This document shows, one piece after another, positions 60,013-64,000 of a stretch of DNA of 64,000 nt. The DNA is from Alphaproteobacteria bacterium (GTDB taxonomy: Bacteria > Pseudomonadota > Alphaproteobacteria > RF32 > CAG-239): the NCBI GenBank assembly GCA_045578445.1, contig JAZNKG010000040.1, positions 3,922 to 67,921 of the forward strand, given 5' to 3'. The notes under the pieces are model-generated. The model had not been told where the DNA came from. It worked only from the letters and a program-made list of their open reading frames with translations, and ran no database searches. Positions within the stretch are counted from its first letter, which is position 1; every line of letters starts with the position of its first letter. The translations under genes and the position numbers were made by a program.

Positions 60013-61434
60013 ATGCCAATTAATACGCATACAAAAATATTAGCAACATTAGGCCCTGCATCAAATAGCGAAAGTAAAATTAGCGAGTTAATAGATGCAG
60101 GTGTTGATGGTTTTAGATTGAACTTTAGCCATGGCACACATGATGAACATGAGAAGATGTTTAAGAACATCAGAAAGGTAGCTAAAAAGAAAAATGCTCA
60201 TATTGCGATTGTGGCAGATTTACAAGGTCCAAAGTTGAGAATCGGTAAATTCAAAGAAGAAAAAGTAGAATTAAAAGTTGGGCAAGACTTTGTTCTTGAT
60301 ATGAAAAAAGATTTAGGTGATAACTCTCGCGTTACCCTTCCTCATAAAGAAATTTTTGAAGCATTAAAAATTGGAGATAAGCTTTTAGTAAACGACGGTA
60401 ATATTGTGCTTAAAGTTGTTAAAAATGGTAAGAATTATGCCGATACTGTTGTTGAAGTAGGGGGTGTTGTTTCTAGTAACAAAGGTGTAAATTTGCCTAA
60501 TTCATCACTAAATATTTCTGCACTGACAAAGAAAGATTTAGATGATTTAAATTTTGCTCTTAAACTAGGTATAGATTGTGTTTGTTTATCCTTTGTGCAA
60601 AAACTTGCAGACGTAAAAGAAGCTCGTAAAATCATCGGCGATAAAGCATGGATTATTTCTAAGCTAGAAAAACCTCAAGCCATTGATGATGTAGATAATA
60701 TTATTAAGGCTTCTGATATGATAATGGTTGCTCGCGGTGATTTGGGTGTTGAATGTCCAGTTGAGACAGTGCCAGTTTTACAAAAGCATATTGTAGAAAG
60801 ATGTCGTCAACATGGTAAGCCTGTTATTGTAGCAACGCAAATGCTAGAATCGATGATTTCTTCTCCAATGCCAACTCGTGCAGAAGTGTCAGACGTAGCT
60901 AATGCAGTATATGACGGTGTTGATGTGGTTATGCTTTCTGCAGAAACTGCTGCAGGTAAATATCCTGTTGAGACAGTTAAAAAAATGCATGCCGTAATTG
61001 AACAAGTAGAAAATGGTCCAATGTATGTAGAAAACGTAAATCGTTTTTGTGCTGGTTCTCAATATAACAATGTTACTTGCGCTATTACTTATGCAGCAGG
61101 TCGTGTTGTTCGTACCTTAGATAAAGTAGGATGTTTAACTACATTTTCTGTTAGTGGCAAAACAACTCTTTCAATGGCTCAAGAGCGTCCATTATTGCCA
61201 ATTCTTGCCATTACTCACAATCTAGAAACAGCTCGCAGATTGAATCTTGTTTGGGGTGTGCGCACCTTTATTGATAAAAAAGTGTTTGGCAACTTTGATA
61301 ATATGGAGACAGTTGCTCGTGGTTTTGCTCGTATATCTGGTGCGGCAAGTGAAGGCGAGTATATTGTAGTTACCGCAGGCTATCCGTTCGGAAAGGTGGG
61401 GTCTACTAATGTGTTGCACATTATTAAAGTCTAA
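60013..61434 (+). CDS. pyk: Pyruvate kinase
   Basis: TKI.ATLGPAS, RLNFSHG, DLQGPK.R, K.EK, MVARGDLGVE, ATQMLESM, MLSAETA.G.YP. Confidence 0.97.
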   Translation: MPINTHTKILATLGPASNSESKISELIDAGVDGFRLNFSHGTHDEHEKMFKNIRKVAKKKNAHIAIVADLQGPKLRIGKFKEEKVELKVGQDFVLDMKKDLGDNSRVTLPHKEIFEALKIGDKLLVNDGNIVLKVVKNGKNYADTVVEVGGVVSSNKGVNLPNSSLNISALTKKDLDDLNFALKLGIDCVCLSFVQKLADVKEARKIIGDKAWIISKLEKPQAIDDVDNIIKASDMIMVARGDLGVECPVETVPVLQKHIVERCRQHGKPVIVATQMLESMISSPMPTRAEVSDVANAVYDGVDVVMLSAETAAGKYPVETVKKMHAVIEQVENGPMYVENVNRFCAGSQYNNVTCAITYAAGRVVRTLDKVGCLTTFSVSGKTTLSMAQERPLLPILAITHNLETARRLNLVWGVRTFIDKKVFGNFDNMETVARGFARISGAASEGEYIVVTAGYPFGKVGSTNVLHIIKV

Positions 61435-61807
61435 TTAAATGGGTAAATTTTAGCATTGAGTTAGCAAATGGAAGCCACTCTTCGTCGCGTCGTGTACGTC
61501 TATGTACACTCGTGCTCCTCGGTGGACATTTGCTACTCACTACTAAAATTTCCCTCATTTAAACACATGACGAGAGTGGGGTATTGAAAATTCATGTACT
61601 ATTTGTGTACACTAAAATTTTCATTTCCCTCAAGCCCATCTCTATCTATCTAAAATTTCCCGCATTTAAGGTGTGGCGAGAGTGTATTGGGTTAGCAAAT
61701 GGAAGCCTGTCCATAAATGCTCACGTACTTTTTATGTACGCTCCGCTTTATGGCAGGACATCTGAGGCTATAAACGTAAAATTTCCCTCATTTAAACACA
61801 TGACGAG
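61435..61807. repeat. Cluster B of GTAC-loop-GTAC palindromic elements separated by a ~31-nt direct repeat
   Basis: Three hairpin units. TAAAATTTCCCTCATTTAAACACATGACGAG is exact at 61544-61574 and 61777-61807 and degenerate at 61651-61680. Confidence 0.85.
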
Positions 61808-61967
61808 TTTGATTAATATAACTAAATTGTTTGTAAAATTTAGTTATATTTTTTGATGTAATAATCTGAAATATTTATTGTCTTTATCAATGTTTTAAAC
61901 GTGTTGTTAATTTATTTTATTATATTATAGTGCTAATTAGTAATTAATTTATGGAGTAATGTAGACT

Positions 61968-64000
61968 ATGGAAAAAGATAAAGTTATTCAGGTTACTGAA
62001 GAACAAGAAAAACAATATATTGATGCTTTGGTTAGCAAAGTTACGGCAGCTCAGAAAAAGTTTGCTGAATATAGCCAAGAACAAGTAGATTATATCTTCC
62101 GTCGTGTAGCTTTGAAATTAAGCTCACTTCGTATTCCTTTGGCTCAAATGGCTGTTGAAGAAACAGGTATGGGTATTGTTGAAGATAAAGTAATCAAAAA
62201 TCATTTCGCATCTGAATATATTTTTAATAAATTTAAAAATGTAAAAACTTGCGGAATTTTGGAAGAAGATAAAGCTAATGGCTTGATTAAAATTGCAGAG
62301 CCAATTGGTGTTATTGCTGGTGTTATCCCAACAACTAACCCAACATCAACTACAATTTTTAAATCTTTAATTGCTCTAAAAACACGTAATGCAATTATCT
62401 TTTCACCACACCCAAGAGCTAAAAAATGTACTGTTGAAACAGCTCGCATTATCTTGGAAGAAGCTGTAAAAGCTGGTGCTCCTGAAGATATTATTGCTTG
62501 GATTGATGAACCATCAATTTTAAGAACACAATTTTTGATGCAAAGTGCAGATCTTACTTTGGCAACAGGTGGTCCTGGTATGGTTAAATCAGCATATAGT
62601 TCCGGTAAGCCTGCATTAGGTGTTGGTGCTGGTAATACTCCAGCATTAATTGATGAAACTGCTGATATTGAAATGGCTGTTTCTTCAATCTTGATGTCTA
62701 AAACATTTGATAATGGTATGATTTGTGCATCTGAACAATCTGTTATTGCTGTTAAAGATGTATATGATACAGTTAAGGCAGAATTTGTTAAACGTGGTGC
62801 ATGTTTCTTAACATCTAAAGAAAAAGAAAAATTAGGCAAAGTGATTATGATAGATGGTCGCTTAAATGCTGCTATCGTTGGTCAACCTGCTTATAAAATT
62901 GCTGCAATGGCAGATGTAAAAGTTCCTGAAGATACAAAAGCTCTTATTGCTGAATGTTCTAAAGTTGGTGTTGATGAGCCTTTCTCTGCAGAGAAATTAT
63001 CTCCAGTTTTAGCAATGTATAAAGCTGATGATTTTGAAAAAGGTGCAAATCTTGCTAAAGATTTAGTTTCTTTTGGTGGTAGAGGACACACATCTGTTCT
63101 TTATACAAATCCTCAAAATGATGATAGAATTAAATATTATGGTCATTTGATGATTACGGGTCGTGTGATGATTAACTGTCCATCTTCACAAGGTGCGATT
63201 GGTGATATTTATAACTTTAGATTGGAACCATCTTTAACTCTTGGTTGTGGTTCTTGGGGTGGAAACTCAGTAAGTGAGAATGTAGGAGTAAAACATCTTA
63301 TGAATATTAAAAATGTTGCTTGTAGAAAAGAAAATATGTTGTGGTTTAAAGTTCCACCAAAAATCTATTTCAAACCTGGTTGTTTAAGTTTAGCTCTAAA
63401 AGAACTTAAAGGTAAAAAACGTGCATTTATTGTAACAGATAAACCTTTGTTTGATTTAGGCTATACTAAAAAAGTTACAGATGTATTAGATGAAATTGGT
63501 GTTCAACATAAGATTTTCTCTGATGTTCATCCAGACCCAGACTTAACTACTGTTAATATGGCTTTAGGTACACTTCGTTCTTTTGAACCAGATGTAATTA
63601 TTGCTCTTGGTGGTGGTTCTCCAATCGATGCTGGTAAAATTATGTGGTTAATGTATGAACATCCAGAATTGAAGTTTGAAGATTTGGCTATGCGCTTTAT
63701 GGATATTCGTAAACGTGTATTTGAATTCCCAAATCTTGGCGATAAAGCAATGATGGTTGCTATTCCAACAACTTCTGGTACAGGTTCTGAAGTTACACCA
63801 TTCTCTATTATTACAGATGATGCTGAAGGTGTTAAATATGCGGTAGCTGACTATGTATTTACTCCAAATATGGCAATTGTTGATGCTGATTTAGTTCAAT
63901 CTATGCCTAAAGGTTTATGTGCAGCTTCTGGTATTGACGTTTTAACTCACGCAATTGAATCTTATGTATCTTCAATGGCTACAGAATATACTCGTTCTTT
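61968..64000 (+). CDS. adhE: Bifunctional acetaldehyde-CoA/alcohol dehydrogenase; 3' end lies outside the window (absent from the ORF track)
   Basis: Manual translation from ATG 61968 (GGAG RBS) gives GIVEDKVIKNHFASE, PTTNPTST, ATGGPGMV, FDNGMICASEQ, LGCGSWGGNS, GGGSPIDAGK, PTTSGTGSEVTPF. Confidence 0.96.
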   Translation, partial: MEKDKVIQVTEEQEKQYIDALVSKVTAAQKKFAEYSQEQVDYIFRRVALKLSSLRIPLAQMAVEETGMGIVEDKVIKNHFASEYIFNKFKNVKTCGILEEDKANGLIKIAEPIGVIAGVIPTTNPTSTTIFKSLIALKTRNAIIFSPHPRAKKCTVETARIILEEAVKAGAPEDIIAWIDEPSILRTQFLMQSADLTLATGGPGMVKSAYSSGKPALGVGAGNTPALIDETADIEMAVSSILMSKTFDNGMICASEQSVIAVKDVYDTVKAEFVKRGACFLTSKEKEKLGKVIMIDGRLNAAIVGQPAYKIAAMADVKVPEDTKALIAECSKVGVDEPFSAEKLSPVLAMYKADDFEKGANLAKDLVSFGGRGHTSVLYTNPQNDDRIKYYGHLMITGRVMINCPSSQGAIGDIYNFRLEPSLTLGCGSWGGNSVSENVGVKHLMNIKNVACRKENMLWFKVPPKIYFKPGCLSLALKELKGKKRAFIVTDKPLFDLGYTKKVTDVLDEIGVQHKIFSDVHPDPDLTTVNMALGTLRSFEPDVIIALGGGSPIDAGKIMWLMYEHPELKFEDLAMRFMDIRKRVFEFPNLGDKAMMVAIPTTSGTGSEVTPFSIITDDAEGVKYAVADYVFTPNMAIVDADLVQSMPKGLCAASGIDVLTHAIESYVSSMATEYTRS

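Noticed and set aside
61544-61807. Possible CRISPR array (31-nt repeats)
   Set aside because: Only two exact copies and one degenerate copy; the intervening segments are about 75-95 nt, palindromic and related to each other; no cas genes.
61808-61960. FNR or Rex sites upstream of adhE
   Set aside because: Only half-sites or mis-spaced matches in very AT-rich sequence.
62201-63091. Minus-strand ORFs of 212 and 66 aa
   Set aside because: Antisense shadows of adhE; the same applies to short shadow ORFs opposite mreB, mrdA, ftsH, yejF, malQ and the MTase.

Overview
A 64 kb chromosomal stretch from an AT-rich alphaproteobacterium (roughly 30% GC by eye). Markers are a two-piece permuted tmRNA beside sspB-alpha, GapR, an NPr/EIIA-Man PTS pair and the lptF-lptD-surA-rsmA order. 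Fermentative and gut-type genes (adhE, luxS, malQ/glgX, arginine decarboxylase plus antiporter) suggest an anaerobic, host-associated lineage such as RF32; this assignment is inference. Housekeeping genes (mreBCD-mrdA-rodA, miaA, ddl, rplQ, prmA, rnhB, ftsH, tsaB, ihfB, accD, grpE, pyk) are interleaved with orphan genes. The best leads are: (1) a complete phage-C4-like antisense RNA, target and attenuator cassette, with an unannotated 43-codon leader ORF coupled to a TM2-like lipoprotein and no phage genes nearby; (2) a family of covarying GTAC-loop-GTAC palindromic elements in two mosaic clusters at the 3' ends of grpE and pyk; (3) a Chlamydia-type aaxBC arginine-agmatine module; (4) a tRNA-Arg-linked element whose duplicated T-arm is split by a 75-nt insert; (5) a three-gene modular orphan paralog family and other orphans with possible type IV secretion tails. 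No CRISPR array, rRNA, integrase or transposase was seen. All family assignments come from motif recognition, not database searches.
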